A stretch of 64,000 nt of DNA from a candidate division FCPU426 bacterium (GCA_963840035.1 CAWIXE010000002.1:1408001-1472000), one strand, 5' to 3'; counted from the first letter of the stretch, positions 50,759 to 61,076 are shown. Numbers and translations are program-made. The notes: generated by a model not told the origin, from the letters alone.

Positions 50759-51463
50759 TTATTTGACTTTTATCTGCTTTAAAGAGCTCTGCGGTATGGA
50801 CCAGGCCATTGACAGCGCGAGGATAAGCCAGAGTATGTCATAGCCTTCAAAAGAATACTGTATTGTTGTAAAAAATCCGGTTGCCACCGTTCCAGAAAAC
50901 CAGTTCATCCCGGCGGTGTATTCCGGGCCGAATTTCTGCGCCAGCAGCTTAATGTATTCATTCGTGAATATATAGTATTTGCCGATTACTATGCCTATTA
51001 CACTTGTTACGCACGCGATAATCTGAAGCGGGAGCCCCTTTTTATTGCCCGAGAGCAGCACCGCGCCGTACGCGCATATAAAACCTATGCCCAGCGCCAC
51101 AATGCCGTAAACCTTATTTGTGGCCACCGCGAGCCATCCCCAAACCAGGCCGCCAATTATGGCCGCAACCAGCGACCCTATAAGGGCCGGTATTATTGCG
51201 GACGAAGCCATTTTTTCCTGGTCTTTTATTTTATCAACCTCAACTTTTGCGTTATCATAGTATGTCGAAGCCTCAAGCGGAGGCATCCCCATGTCAGTAA
51301 GTTTTTTGACTGTAAAATCCTTTGCTTTCCCGTCGGCTATGTCTTTTGCGACAATTAAAAAGAGCCTGTCGAGCGCCGCCTGTTCTTCCGCAGCCTGGTT
51401 TGACGGCGCGGGCGTGCCTGCCTGCTGTGCGTTGTTCTGGTTCAAAGGGTCTCCTGTAGACAT
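50759..51463 (-). CDS. Membrane protein
   Basis: Soluble N-terminus plus 4 TM segments. Confidence 0.75.
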   Translation of the reverse strand: MSTGDPLNQNNAQQAGTPAPSNQAAEEQAALDRLFLIVAKDIADGKAKDFTVKKLTDMGMPPLEASTYYDNAKVEVDKIKDQEKMASSAIIPALIGSLVAAIIGGLVWGWLAVATNKVYGIVALGIGFICAYGAVLLSGNKKGLPLQIIACVTSVIGIVIGKYYIFTNEYIKLLAQKFGPEYTAGMNWFSGTVATGFFTTIQYSFEGYDILWLILALSMAWSIPQSSLKQIKVK

Positions 51464-51495
51464 CTAATCCTCCCTGTTTTCCGCATTACGCGGTT

Positions 51496-52353
51496 TTATT
51501 TATTTAAAAACGTCAATACTCCCCCAAAAGTTTCCTGCATAATCTTCATAAATCCCTGCTTATAGGTTGTCTTTACTTTTTTGCCTTCCTTATATGATGT
51601 TACCTTGTCAAGTTTTCCCTTAATATCATAGAATAGAATATCGCCTTCAGGGTTCCCTTTGACGTACTGCCCTTCCTGGGCCAGTATCCCGGCGTCATCC
51701 GTCATCTTATAATAGCCATCAAGTTTTCCATCCTTATATTTGCCTTCCAGGTTTACCTTGCCATTGGGGTGATATGAGACATATGGGCCGTTCTCAACCC
51801 CGTTTTTATAAACAAAATCCTCAAACACATTGCCTTTTTCATAATAAAAAGTCTTTGCCCTGCCTTCAAGCAGGCCGTTTATATAAGTCCCCTGAAACTT
51901 CATCATGCCGTTGGAATAATACTGGATGAAAGGGCCTGCAGTTTTCTTCTTAACTACAGAGCCTTCTTCCCGCAGCGGGCCCCCGTCATAATACAGTTTA
52001 TAACTGTAAGTCCGCTCTCCGTCAATATAATTGAAAACCGACTCTATTTTTCCTGATTTTTTGTAATTCCAGGTATACTTCCCGGGCGCGACCTCATTAT
52101 TGCTGAACTTATACGACGCGTTTACAGTGACGCCATCCGCGTTGACAAGGTCCATTTTTACGTTACCGGCAATCTTTTCCCCTTCTTTTACAAGCTTTCC
52201 GTCCTTGTCATTATACCAGCGGGCTATTTCCTTCCCGCCCCTGTAAAAGAACCGGGTCCCGTCCTTTGTCTCGTCAGCCATGCTGGTTACCCCGGCAAAA
52301 GAAATGACCGAGAAAACAAAAAATAGAAATGTTAACAATAATGTCTTTTTCAT
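51496..52353 (-). CDS. Secreted MORN-variant-repeat (YwqK-like) protein
   Basis: Repeats such as YYSNGMMKFQGTYINGLLEG and YHPNGKVNLEGKYKDGKLDG. Confidence 0.85.
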   Translation of the reverse strand: MKKTLLLTFLFFVFSVISFAGVTSMADETKDGTRFFYRGGKEIARWYNDKDGKLVKEGEKIAGNVKMDLVNADGVTVNASYKFSNNEVAPGKYTWNYKKSGKIESVFNYIDGERTYSYKLYYDGGPLREEGSVVKKKTAGPFIQYYSNGMMKFQGTYINGLLEGRAKTFYYEKGNVFEDFVYKNGVENGPYVSYHPNGKVNLEGKYKDGKLDGYYKMTDDAGILAQEGQYVKGNPEGDILFYDIKGKLDKVTSYKEGKKVKTTYKQGFMKIMQETFGGVLTFLNK

Positions 52354-52446
52354 TTTAATCTCCCTGATTATTGGTGTCCCACATGGAATATTATACTAAA
52401 AACGGGGCTTTATTGGCAAGGTTTTTCATTTAATCGTCAGTGTATA

Positions 52447-52749
52447 TTACCTGTTCCTCACAAAACGTCTTATTCTGTCGAGATACTCAACTATTTCCTC
52501 ATGATGTTCCGCTTCAGGCCAGTTGTTATGCTCGCGGTAAAATTTCGCGAGTTTAATGTTGATTCTTATGTCAAAAGGCCTGGCCTTCTGCCTTTTTATA
52601 AGATTTTTTTCCTCTTCAGCCGCATCAATAACGGTTATTCCGGGTTTATGTGTGCGTTTAACGGCTTTTACGGGATTTATAAAAACAGGCTCTTTTTTAC
52701 TTTTTTTCCCCGGATTTGCCGGGCCCTGGCCTATTATGACTATCGGCAT
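52447..52749 (-). CDS. Small protein with a single TPR-like motif (start MPIV)
   Basis: AAGGGG RBS; ATG immediately after the upstream stop. Confidence 0.7.
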   Translation of the reverse strand: MPIVIIGQGPANPGKKSKKEPVFINPVKAVKRTHKPGITVIDAAEEEKNLIKRQKARPFDIRINIKLAKFYREHNNWPEAEHHEEIVEYLDRIRRFVRNR

Positions 52750-52750
52750 A

Positions 52751-53026
52751 TTAACCACCCCTTTTCGTAAGTCGTTTGATCCTGGACAACATTTCAACCG
52801 CTTCCTGCTCTTCCTCAGCTTTTTCAAAGTAATTAACTGACAGGTAAAGCCTGGCTAATTTTTCATGTACGGTAATATCATATGGCCTTTCTTTTTCCGC
52901 CCTTAATAATGGTTTGATTTTTTCCCTGAATTCCATGAGGTTATATATAAACTCCTGAAGTTTTATGATTTTTTCACTGCCTGTTTCTCCTGCTTTTAGC
53001 GAGTGGTACGTTGCGAACATATTCAC
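52751..53026 (-). CDS. Small protein with a single TPR-like motif, paralog of its neighbour
   Basis: RPYDITVHEKLARLY versus RPFDIRINIKLAKFY; GGAGG RBS. Confidence 0.7.
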   Translation of the reverse strand: MNMFATYHSLKAGETGSEKIIKLQEFIYNLMEFREKIKPLLRAEKERPYDITVHEKLARLYLSVNYFEKAEEEQEAVEMLSRIKRLTKRGG

Positions 53027-53212
53027 CGCCTCCTCTGCTCTTTCTTAATATAAATATAGCATCAGAACCGAATGAATGCGGTGTGGTCTGTCACAGAGGT
53101 TTAGTGAGGAGGGTCACATATCTTTAAAATGTCAATTAATGAGTGTTTATACTGTTAAGGTGTAATATTCACAATCTGTAACTATGAGGATCTGTTTTGG
53201 TTTATGGAAAGG

Positions 53213-53286
53213 TTGGTAGCCGCAGCCTTCAGGCTGCGAAAGGGAGCAATCACCGCCTTACGCAACCTAAAGGTTGCGGCTACCAA
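53213..53286. repeat. GTAG-REP family A doublet (REPIN-like)
   Basis: gtagccgcagccttcaggctgcg ... cgcaacctaaaggttgcggctac. Confidence 0.9.
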
Positions 53287-53345
53287 TACACGAACGTCTC
53301 CCGGCAATGAAAGCTAAAGGATGTAGGTCTTGTTAATAGTCCAGA

Positions 53346-54338
53346 TTATTTAAGGAACATCTTCCCAAAATAATAGGCCAGGGCCGATATAATAGCCGCG
53401 GCCGGTATTGTCATTATCCACGCCCATACTATATTGCCTGCCATACCCCAGTTAACCGCGCTTTTTCTTTTAAGCGCTCCCACGCCCATTATGGCGCCTG
53501 TGATGGTATGTGTGGTGGAAACCGGGACGCCCATTGAAGACGCGATAAAAAGGCTGATTGCCGCGCTGGTTTCAGCGGCAAAACCGTCAATAGGCTTTAA
53601 TTTTGCCACCTTCTGGCCCATCGTCTTTACAATCCTCCACCCGCCAAGCATGGTGCCAAGCCCGATGGTAACGTAGCACATTATAGCCACCCACGATGGC
53701 ACGGTAAATGTTTTGCCCAACAGCCCGGCGCTGAAAAGAAGTGAAGCGATTATCCCCGCTGTTTTCTGCGCGTCATTACCGCCGTGTCCCATGGAATAAA
53801 ACGCCGCCGACACAAGCTGCCCTTTTCTGAATATATGATCCACGCTCATTGGCGAGGCTTTCCTGAAAGACCAGTATACGATTAGTCCAAGAATCTGCCC
53901 TATGATATACCCGGCCACCGGTGATATGACGATGAACATCGCGGTCTTTGTAATTCCGGACCACATCAGCGCTGAAGGCCCTGTCTTTACAAGCGCCGCG
54001 CCTATCATACCGCCAATCAAAGCGTGGGATGAACTCGAAGGAAGCCCGTAATACCACGTTATTATATTCCATATGCATGCTCCCATAAGAGTGGCAAACA
54101 CCACTGTCTGGTCAATGATATTTATATCAATAATGCCTTTTCCCATGGTTTTCGCGACATGATATCCAAAAAAGAAAAACGCAAGTATGTTAAAGAAAGC
54201 CGCCCATGCGACCGCTTTTCCCGGCGACAACACCCTGGTGGATACAACTGTAGCAATTGAATTTGCCGAGTCATGAAAGCCGTTTAAAAAATCAAACGCG
54301 AGGGCAAGGATTATCAGGAAGATGATTGTTATTGTCAT
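53346..54338 (-). CDS. Inorganic phosphate transporter, PiT family (paralog 2)
   Basis: NGFHDSANSIAT, GLPSSSSHAL, HGGNDAQK, PVSTTH. Confidence 0.95.
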   Translation of the reverse strand: MTITIIFLIILALAFDFLNGFHDSANSIATVVSTRVLSPGKAVAWAAFFNILAFFFFGYHVAKTMGKGIIDINIIDQTVVFATLMGACIWNIITWYYGLPSSSSHALIGGMIGAALVKTGPSALMWSGITKTAMFIVISPVAGYIIGQILGLIVYWSFRKASPMSVDHIFRKGQLVSAAFYSMGHGGNDAQKTAGIIASLLFSAGLLGKTFTVPSWVAIMCYVTIGLGTMLGGWRIVKTMGQKVAKLKPIDGFAAETSAAISLFIASSMGVPVSTTHTITGAIMGVGALKRKSAVNWGMAGNIVWAWIMTIPAAAIISALAYYFGKMFLK

Positions 54339-54384
54339 TAATATGCTCCTTTTTTATTTTTTACATACAGAGCATACAATGATA

Positions 54385-54424
54385 CGGTTATTTTTATGTT
54401 AGATGTTTGTTAAAAACGTGTTAA
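54385..54424 (-). promoter_or_regulatory. Putative Pho box: four TTAACA-like repeats at 11-bp period
   Basis: Minus strand TTAACA-N5-TTAACA-N5-CTAACA-N5-ATAACC upstream of the second pit gene. Confidence 0.7.
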
Positions 54425-54435
54425 GAAATGAAGGC

Positions 54436-55428
54436 TTAGGAGAGGAAGAATTTGCCCAGATAATACGCGCCCGCGGACATTAAGGCTGCCGTAGGTATGG
54501 TAATTACCCATCCCCACACTATGCTGCTTACAACACCCCAGCGCACCGCAGACATCCTTTTTATGGAACCTACGCCCATTATAGCCCCTGTTATTGTATG
54601 CGTAGTCGAAACGGGGATACCAAACGCCGATGCCATAAAAAGGCTTCCCGCCGCTGTTGTTTCAGCACAAAACCCATCCACCGGTTTTAACCTGGCCATT
54701 TTCTGGCCCATTGTCTTTACAATCCTCCACCCGCCAAACACGATACCGAGCGATATGGCCCCATAGCACATCAAAGCCACCCATGTAGGTATGATAAATT
54801 CCTTGCCCAGCAGCCCCGCGCTAAAAAGCAGCGACGCAATGATTCCCGCTGTTTTCTGGGCATCATTGCCTCCGTGGCCCATTGAAAAAAGGGCTGAAGA
54901 CAGAAGCTGCCCTCCCCTGAAAAATTTATCCACCTTAGCCGGAGTACTTCGCCGGAAAATCGAATATACAAGCCACGCCACAAATCTTCCAAGAAAAAAT
55001 CCGAGAACAGGCGATATTACAATAAATGCCACGACTTTGATTATTCCCGGGGCAAGCAGCGATCCAGGCCCTGATTTGACTAATGCCGCGCCTATCAACC
55101 CTCCGATTAAAGCGTGTGAAGAGGATGACGGAAGCCCGTAATACCAGGTTATGATGTTCCAGGCGCACGCCCCGACAAGGGCGCCAAAAATGACGGATTG
55201 ATCTATGATACCAAGGTCAACTATTCCTTTTCCCATGGTTTTCGCGACGTGTGAGCCAAAAACAAAAAAAGCCAAAAACTCAAATGACGCCGCCCAAACT
55301 ACCGCCTGTGTGGGCGAAAGGACGCGCGTAGATACGACGGTTGCAATGGCATTTGCCGAATCATGAAAACCATTCAAAAAATCAAATACAAGCGCAAGTA
55401 CTATAAGAAATATTATTGATACAGTCAT
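54436..55428 (-). CDS. Inorganic phosphate transporter, PiT family (paralog 1)
   Basis: Same PiT signature motifs; 330 aa. Confidence 0.95.
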   Translation of the reverse strand: MTVSIIFLIVLALVFDFLNGFHDSANAIATVVSTRVLSPTQAVVWAASFEFLAFFVFGSHVAKTMGKGIVDLGIIDQSVIFGALVGACAWNIITWYYGLPSSSSHALIGGLIGAALVKSGPGSLLAPGIIKVVAFIVISPVLGFFLGRFVAWLVYSIFRRSTPAKVDKFFRGGQLLSSALFSMGHGGNDAQKTAGIIASLLFSAGLLGKEFIIPTWVALMCYGAISLGIVFGGWRIVKTMGQKMARLKPVDGFCAETTAAGSLFMASAFGIPVSTTHTITGAIMGVGSIKRMSAVRWGVVSSIVWGWVITIPTAALMSAGAYYLGKFFLS

Positions 55429-55505
55429 TTTAACTCCCGTGTATTTTATAATATATTGGTTTCAAGGCTTAAGCCGGCACCTGGAAACATGCTGCGCGCG
55501 CTCTG

Positions 55506-56132
55506 TTATCCCTGCTTTACCAGTATCGTTTCAACCACATGGCCGACTACCTTGCAAATATCAAGGACAGTCTCGGCGTGCTGGTATATTTCCTTCCATT
55601 TAATAAACTCAATCGGGTCTTTTTCATTGTCCACAAGTTCGCCTAAAGCCGAATCCCTGAGCCTGTCTCCCTGGCTTTCATAGGCGCTGACAGCCTTACA
55701 CGCTTCAAGCACCGTTTGTATATTCTTGGTATTACGCAATCCGCGGACAGCTATCGCAAGGGAAAATATGGACTTTTCAATTATATCCGCAAACTCCACA
55801 AGGTTCTTGTTTGGCTTCGTGATCCTGTAAACTTTCATCCTGCTTATTATGGTATTTAACATATCATTTACATCGTCGAGTTTCTTTGCCAGGGCATGAA
55901 TATCTTCCCTGTCAAAAGGGGTTATGAAGGTCTTATTAAGGTGGTCTATGATAGCGTACGCCATCTTGTCGCCGTCGTGTTCGATGTCCCTCATGAGTTC
56001 TCGGAACTCAGGCGTCACTTCGCCGTGATGCACTATTTTTTTAAACAACACCGACGCCGCTTCGACATATGTCATTTCCTTGTCAAAAAAATCAAAAAAG
56101 TTGAATTCTTTCGGGAACAGTTTGCTGAGCAT
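55506..56132 (-). CDS. DUF47 (PhoU-like) Pit accessory protein
   Basis: EHDGD, LNKTFITPFDREDIHALA..LDDV, IKWKEIY. Confidence 0.93.
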   Translation of the reverse strand: MLSKLFPKEFNFFDFFDKEMTYVEAASVLFKKIVHHGEVTPEFRELMRDIEHDGDKMAYAIIDHLNKTFITPFDREDIHALAKKLDDVNDMLNTIISRMKVYRITKPNKNLVEFADIIEKSIFSLAIAVRGLRNTKNIQTVLEACKAVSAYESQGDRLRDSALGELVDNEKDPIEFIKWKEIYQHAETVLDICKVVGHVVETILVKQG

Positions 56133-56321
56133 TGTATTACCTCCGGTAAATTATTGTCAACTGGCAGAATATATCACAGCAATCCATCTCCGTCAAGCCA
56201 CCGGCCCAATAATTAACCATTTCTTAACAATCGATATTTTTGGATTTATTGGCATTATAAAGTACTTTTTAGCGGCACTTGATGAATTCAATTTGTCCTG
56301 TTAAGAAGATGCGTTTACAGT

Positions 56322-56438
56322 TTGTCATTGCGAGGAGCCGTTGTTGGCTTATGGCGACGAAGCAATCTCGTTTTCTCCTTCTGGAACAGCGAGATTGCTT
56401 CGTCGGCAAAAAACAAAAACGCCTCCTCGCAATGACAA
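56322..56438. repeat. GTCATTGCGAG-type palindromic element
   Basis: tgtcattgcgaggag...cgacgaagcaatctcg...cgagattgcttcgtcg...ctcctcgcaatgaca; homologous to 35032-35185. Confidence 0.9.
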
Positions 56439-56561
56439 GCCTAAGACCGTATACAGAACGTGTTAACAGCACAGTCGACCGACAATTTTAATCCCATAAT
56501 AATCCTTGAAAAACAGGGCTTATTTCCATATAATAATAACATCAAATTCGAAAGGAAAAAA

Positions 56562-57512
56562 ATGGAAAAACTAAAGGTAAGTTTCGTATTAAAACTTGTT
56601 GTGACCGGGCTGATATTATCCGCTGTGACAGCCGCCCTGGTCATGAAAATAATCTTCGCTGTCAGCACTATCAACATGCCTGATTTTACCGGCACAGACC
56701 TTGAAAAGGCCAGAATAACATGCGCCAGGATGCATATTGACCTGAAAGTTGACGACGAAGTTTTTTCAAGTTTTTACCCCGCGGGCTCCATTATGCAGCA
56801 GGATGTAAAAAAAGGCACGCAGATCAAAAAAGGCCGCACTTTCTATGTTATAGTCAGCAAAGGCTCAAAGATTCTTTCCATCCCGGATATCACAAACCTT
56901 CAGAAATCAAAAGCCCTTGTGGAGCTTAAAAACAGCGGCCTTAATGAAGGATATGAAACTGTCATCACCTCGAATGTATTTAAGGAAGACACTTTAATAG
57001 CCCAGTCCCCGGCGCCGGGACAGGAAGTGCCTGCCGGCTTAAGCATTAACTTCCTGCGCTCCTCCGGGAAAAGGGAGCAAAATTTCTTGATGCCCGACTT
57101 TTCCGGCAGGGATGCTTTCACCTCCTTTAACAGCATGCGCAAAGCCGGCCTTTTGATAGAAAAACTTGATGTTGAGGAAAACGAGACGCTTGCTTCCGGC
57201 ACAATCATTGGCCAGCAACCGGCCCCCGGCTCGATGGTAAATAAAAAAACGCCGATCACCATAAAAGCCGGCGTATCAGCCACTGACGCCAAACTTAAAA
57301 AACGCACCATAAAAATATCATTTACAAACCCCGCGCAGGTGCCTCAGCTCGTGCGTATCAATGTAATGAGCTTAAACGGCAGTGAAACCGTATTCAACGA
57401 GGTAGCCGAACCGGGCGGGGTTGTGGACGTTAATGCGGCCATCAGGGGCGGAGCTATTGTGCAGATATTTAACGGCACTGAACTCGTAAAAGAAACGGAG
57501 TACGCCGACTAA
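56562..57512 (+). CDS. PASTA-domain membrane protein (three PASTA repeats, no kinase domain)
   Basis: TM followed by MPDFTG, IPDITN and MPDFSG units with Q.P.PG; probable start MEKLK. Confidence 0.88.
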   Translation: MEKLKVSFVLKLVVTGLILSAVTAALVMKIIFAVSTINMPDFTGTDLEKARITCARMHIDLKVDDEVFSSFYPAGSIMQQDVKKGTQIKKGRTFYVIVSKGSKILSIPDITNLQKSKALVELKNSGLNEGYETVITSNVFKEDTLIAQSPAPGQEVPAGLSINFLRSSGKREQNFLMPDFSGRDAFTSFNSMRKAGLLIEKLDVEENETLASGTIIGQQPAPGSMVNKKTPITIKAGVSATDAKLKKRTIKISFTNPAQVPQLVRINVMSLNGSETVFNEVAEPGGVVDVNAAIRGGAIVQIFNGTELVKETEYAD

Positions 57513-58175
57513 ATGAGAAAAGTGATGCTTTCCCCTTCCATTCTTGATACAAACATAGTTGAAATTAAAACCACCATGGGAATATTAAACAGGGCCAAAG
57601 CTGAGTATGTCCATTTTGACATTATGGACGGGAACTTTGTCCCGGCGCTTACTTACGGCGCAAAGATCATGAAGCCCCTCCGGTCGCTTACCTCCATCAA
57701 GTTTGACACGCACCTTATGATAAACAACCCTGAAAAGTACGCTGACGGTTTTATTGAAGCCGGCGCCGACCTTATCATGGCCCATCAGGAAGCGGTTAAG
57801 GATATAGATTCTTTTATAAAACAGATTAAAAGCCAGGGCAGGCTCGTCGGGCTGTCAATTAAACCCAATACCCCGGCTGATACTCTCTTTAAGTTCATGG
57901 ACAGGATCGATATGGTGCTTGTAATGAGCGTTGAACCCGGATTCGGCGGCCAGAAATTCATGCCTGCGTCCCTGGAAAAAGTAAAAACCTACAGAAAAAT
58001 AATAGATGACAATAAATACAACTGCCTGATAGAAATTGACGGCGGCATAAATGTTGAAAACGCCCCGCTTGCCGCTGCTGCGGGAGCTGATGTGCTTGTC
58101 GCAGGCAGCGCGGTTTTCGGCGCCAAAGACCCGGAACAGGCCATTTACGCGTTAAGGACAGCGGCAAATAAGTAA
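57513..58175 (+). CDS. rpe: Ribulose-phosphate 3-epimerase
   Basis: SPSIL, HFDIMDGNFVP, DTHLM, MSVEPGFGGQKF, IDGG, VAGSAVF. Confidence 0.98.
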   Translation: MRKVMLSPSILDTNIVEIKTTMGILNRAKAEYVHFDIMDGNFVPALTYGAKIMKPLRSLTSIKFDTHLMINNPEKYADGFIEAGADLIMAHQEAVKDIDSFIKQIKSQGRLVGLSIKPNTPADTLFKFMDRIDMVLVMSVEPGFGGQKFMPASLEKVKTYRKIIDDNKYNCLIEIDGGINVENAPLAAAAGADVLVAGSAVFGAKDPEQAIYALRTAANK

Positions 58176-58208
58176 AACCATTCGTTTAAAAAATCAAATA
58201 TCAACTTT

Positions 58209-58268
58209 GTAGCCGCAGCCTTCAGGCTGCGACACGCTGGCCTTTCGCAACCTGAAGGTTGCGGCTAC
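58209..58268. repeat. GTAG-REP family A doublet
   Basis: gtagccgcagccttcaggctgcg ... cgcaacctgaaggttgcggctac. Confidence 0.9.
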
Positions 58269-58292
58269 CAGAACCAACATTAAAGGAGCCAC

Positions 58293-59648
58293 ATGTTCGA
58301 AGCAATATCCAGCAAGTTCGACGAGGTTATACGCAAGTTAAAAGGCACTGCCATCATAAACGAGAAAAACATTGAAGACGCCTTAAAAGACATCCGTATG
58401 TCCCTTCTTGAAGCTGATGTAAATTATAAGGTCGTAAAATCCTTCATTGAAAATGTAAAACAAAAAGCCATTGGCGAGTCAGTGCTTAAAGCTGTCTCCC
58501 CGGGCCAGCAGTTCGTTAAAATAGTCCACGAAGAGCTTATCTCCTTCCTTGGCGACCAGGATTCAGCCTTAAACACGTCCAAAAGGCCTGTTATTATCAT
58601 GCTGGCAGGCCTCCAGGGCTCAGGCAAGACCACAACAGCGGCTAAGCTGGCATATTACCTGAAGCATGAAAAGAACATGGATAAAGTCCTCTTAATAGGC
58701 GCTGACACGTACAGGCCGGCGGCAAAGGAACAGCTGGAAAAACTCAGTAAGCAGGTTGGTGTTTCCTTTTATACGGAGCCGCATAATGACGCGGTAAAAA
58801 TAGCCGTAAACGGTTATAAAGAACTTGAAATGAAGGTTTATGACGCCATCATTGTGGACACCGCAGGCAGGCTCCACATAGACGAAGCCATGATAGAAGA
58901 ACTGAAGGTCACAAAATCAAAAATTCCCTTCACCGAGATACTCCTGGTGGCCGACGCCATGCTTGGCCAGGAATCTGTTAACGTGGCAAAAAGCTTCAAT
59001 GAAGCTCTCGGCATTACCGGGCTTATACTTACAAAAATAGACGGCGATGCCAGGGGCGGCGCCGCGCTTTCAATGAAGCACACCGCCAATGTTCCAATTA
59101 AATTCCTCGGAACTGGCGAAAAAATTGAAAAACTTGAGCCTTTCCACCCCGACAGGCTCGCCTCCAGAATCCTGGGCATGGGAGATATTGTTTCCCTCGT
59201 GGAAAAAGTCCAGAAGTCCTTTTCAGCTGACGAAGCGAAAAAAGCTGAGGAGAGAATGCGCAAAGCCACATTCACCCTTGAGGACTTCCTCGAGCAGATG
59301 AAAATGATGAAAAATATGGGCCCCCTTGATGAAATGCTTAAAATGATACCGGGCGCCTCCAAGATGAACCTGCAGAACGTAAAAGTTGACGAAAACGAAA
59401 TGAAGCGCACCGAGGCCATGATACTGTCCATGACACGCAGGGAGCGCCTTAAACCCGAGATTATAGATATGAAACGCAGGGTAAGGATAGCAAGGGGCAG
59501 CGGCACCACCCCGGAAAAGGTAAACAAGCTTTTGAAACAGTTCGCCCAGGCGAGGAAAATGATGAAATCAATGTCCCGCCGCAGACACGGAGGAAACGGC
59601 TTCCCCGGCATGGGAGGAATGGGCGGCATGAAGTTCCCCGGTATGTAA
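58293..59648 (+). CDS. ffh: Signal recognition particle protein Ffh
   Basis: LLEADV, GLQGSGKTT, DTAGR, TKIDGDARGG, RILGMGD; Met-rich M domain. Confidence 0.99.
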   Translation: MFEAISSKFDEVIRKLKGTAIINEKNIEDALKDIRMSLLEADVNYKVVKSFIENVKQKAIGESVLKAVSPGQQFVKIVHEELISFLGDQDSALNTSKRPVIIMLAGLQGSGKTTTAAKLAYYLKHEKNMDKVLLIGADTYRPAAKEQLEKLSKQVGVSFYTEPHNDAVKIAVNGYKELEMKVYDAIIVDTAGRLHIDEAMIEELKVTKSKIPFTEILLVADAMLGQESVNVAKSFNEALGITGLILTKIDGDARGGAALSMKHTANVPIKFLGTGEKIEKLEPFHPDRLASRILGMGDIVSLVEKVQKSFSADEAKKAEERMRKATFTLEDFLEQMKMMKNMGPLDEMLKMIPGASKMNLQNVKVDENEMKRTEAMILSMTRRERLKPEIIDMKRRVRIARGSGTTPEKVNKLLKQFAQARKMMKSMSRRRHGGNGFPGMGGMGGMKFPGM

Positions 59649-59655
59649 CCGGACA

Positions 59656-59696
59656 TAAATAAAAAAAGCGGGCTTATCGCCCGCTTTTTTTATTTA
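59656..59696. terminator. Bidirectional intrinsic terminator
   Basis: aaataaaaaaagcgggc...gcccgctttttttattt. Confidence 0.9.
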
Positions 59697-59706
59697 ATAA
59701 GTTAAT

Positions 59707-60498
59707 TTATTCTGTTTTTTCTCCGGCGCCGGTATCTTCTTTCTCTTCCCCGCCCACTGCCCAGTCATAATTCAGCGTCAGCGAAAACATCACATCATTT
59801 TTGTAGTTGTCACTGAGTTTTAACTGCCCGAAAAGCGCCGGTGTCAGTGTATAATCGCCGATGCTGTAATTGCCGTATATATTAAGGCTGGCAACAGTGA
59901 ACCTTGCCCCTTCTTCTAACGGTTCGTGCGTATCCTCATCGAACCTTGTTGGCTCATTGAAATTTAGCCCAGCGGTAAATGCCGCTCCGGCCGCCACAGA
60001 ACCTCCCGCCATCTCCCCGAATTCCATTTCGTGAGATAGCCCCATTTCCATATAATTATAAGTACCCGGCTTAATGGAGTGGCTCCATGAAATATACGGG
60101 TTTGATATGACATCCCCTGTAAGCGTCAGGCTGATTTCGTCATCTTCAGACACTATGAACGGGTATCCGTATGGCCCCACATAATATGAGGCTAAACCTG
60201 CCCTTAAAGATAGGATTTCAACCCACGGGATTTTATGTTCGTATGTGAGGTAATAATCAAACTCGTCGACTGCTTCGTTGTTAACATCCGAATCTGCGGA
60301 AGCCCACAAAATGGCGGAAATCCCCTCAAAAGAGATACTCATACCCGGCTGTATGCAGGCGTTGTGGTTTAACAGCTGGCCCCTCCACAGGTATTTGCTT
60401 ACACCGGCCGCGTAGATGCTTCCTTCCAGGCCTTCCGCGTAAGAAACGCATGCAAAGAGCATTACAAACGCAACTACAGATAACAGAATTTTTCTCAT
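59707..60498 (-). CDS. Outer-membrane beta-barrel (TorF/TIGR02001-like putative porin)
   Basis: SKYLWRG.......IQPG and EFDYYLTY motifs after a signal peptide. Confidence 0.7.
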   Translation of the reverse strand: MRKILLSVVAFVMLFACVSYAEGLEGSIYAAGVSKYLWRGQLLNHNACIQPGMSISFEGISAILWASADSDVNNEAVDEFDYYLTYEHKIPWVEILSLRAGLASYYVGPYGYPFIVSEDDEISLTLTGDVISNPYISWSHSIKPGTYNYMEMGLSHEMEFGEMAGGSVAAGAAFTAGLNFNEPTRFDEDTHEPLEEGARFTVASLNIYGNYSIGDYTLTPALFGQLKLSDNYKNDVMFSLTLNYDWAVGGEEKEDTGAGEKTE

Positions 60499-60545
60499 TA
60501 TTCCCTCCCTTGTTTATTTAACTAATAATATCATATACTATTTCC

Positions 60546-61064
60546 TCAGTCAACCCGGCGGGTTTCCTTAACCCCGGCTTTTTTCATGAATAAACCTGCC
60601 GTATATACGACAGCCATAAACCCAAAAGAAACGAGGCAATAAAGCCTTAACGCAGCCGGCGAAATATGGCCGTAAAACGGGTTTGTATCATACGGGTATA
60701 ACGGCATTATGTCGGTATATAAAAAAGAATCAAGGACAACATGCAGCAGCGCGCCGGATAAAGCCCCGGCAATGATTTGAGTAATACCATTTTCCTGCCC
60801 GAGTTTAAATATGCGCATGACTGAATTAACCGGTTTTTTTATCGGCAGATAAAAAATGGAAAAAAGAAGGGCCACTATTATTGCCCCCACTAAAGTGTGG
60901 GAAAAACCGTGTTCAGGGTAATGCCTGATATGAAAAGTTATCACCGTAAGCGGCTCTAGATCCATAAAAACATTTACAAGCATAAACGCAGGCAGGCTTA
61001 CCCAGCGCCTGAAAACAACTCCCAGAAAACCTGTAGGCCCGAAATGGTATGGTGTAAAAGGCAT
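60546..61064 (-). CDS. Membrane-bound metal-dependent hydrolase-like protein
   Basis: MPFTPYH, DLE, HGFSHT, HVVLD motifs. Confidence 0.8.
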   Translation of the reverse strand: MPFTPYHFGPTGFLGVVFRRWVSLPAFMLVNVFMDLEPLTVITFHIRHYPEHGFSHTLVGAIIVALLFSIFYLPIKKPVNSVMRIFKLGQENGITQIIAGALSGALLHVVLDSFLYTDIMPLYPYDTNPFYGHISPAALRLYCLVSFGFMAVVYTAGLFMKKAGVKETRRVD

Positions 61065-61076
61065 CCAGCCTCCCCT

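Noticed and set aside
51496..52353. YwqK antitoxin of a toxin-antitoxin pair
   Set aside because: Only generic MORN-variant repeats with a signal peptide; no adjacent toxin.
58838..59656. 272-aa antisense ORF, and the 261-aa ORF at 31969-32754
   Set aside because: They overlap better-supported genes on the opposite strand and show no motifs.
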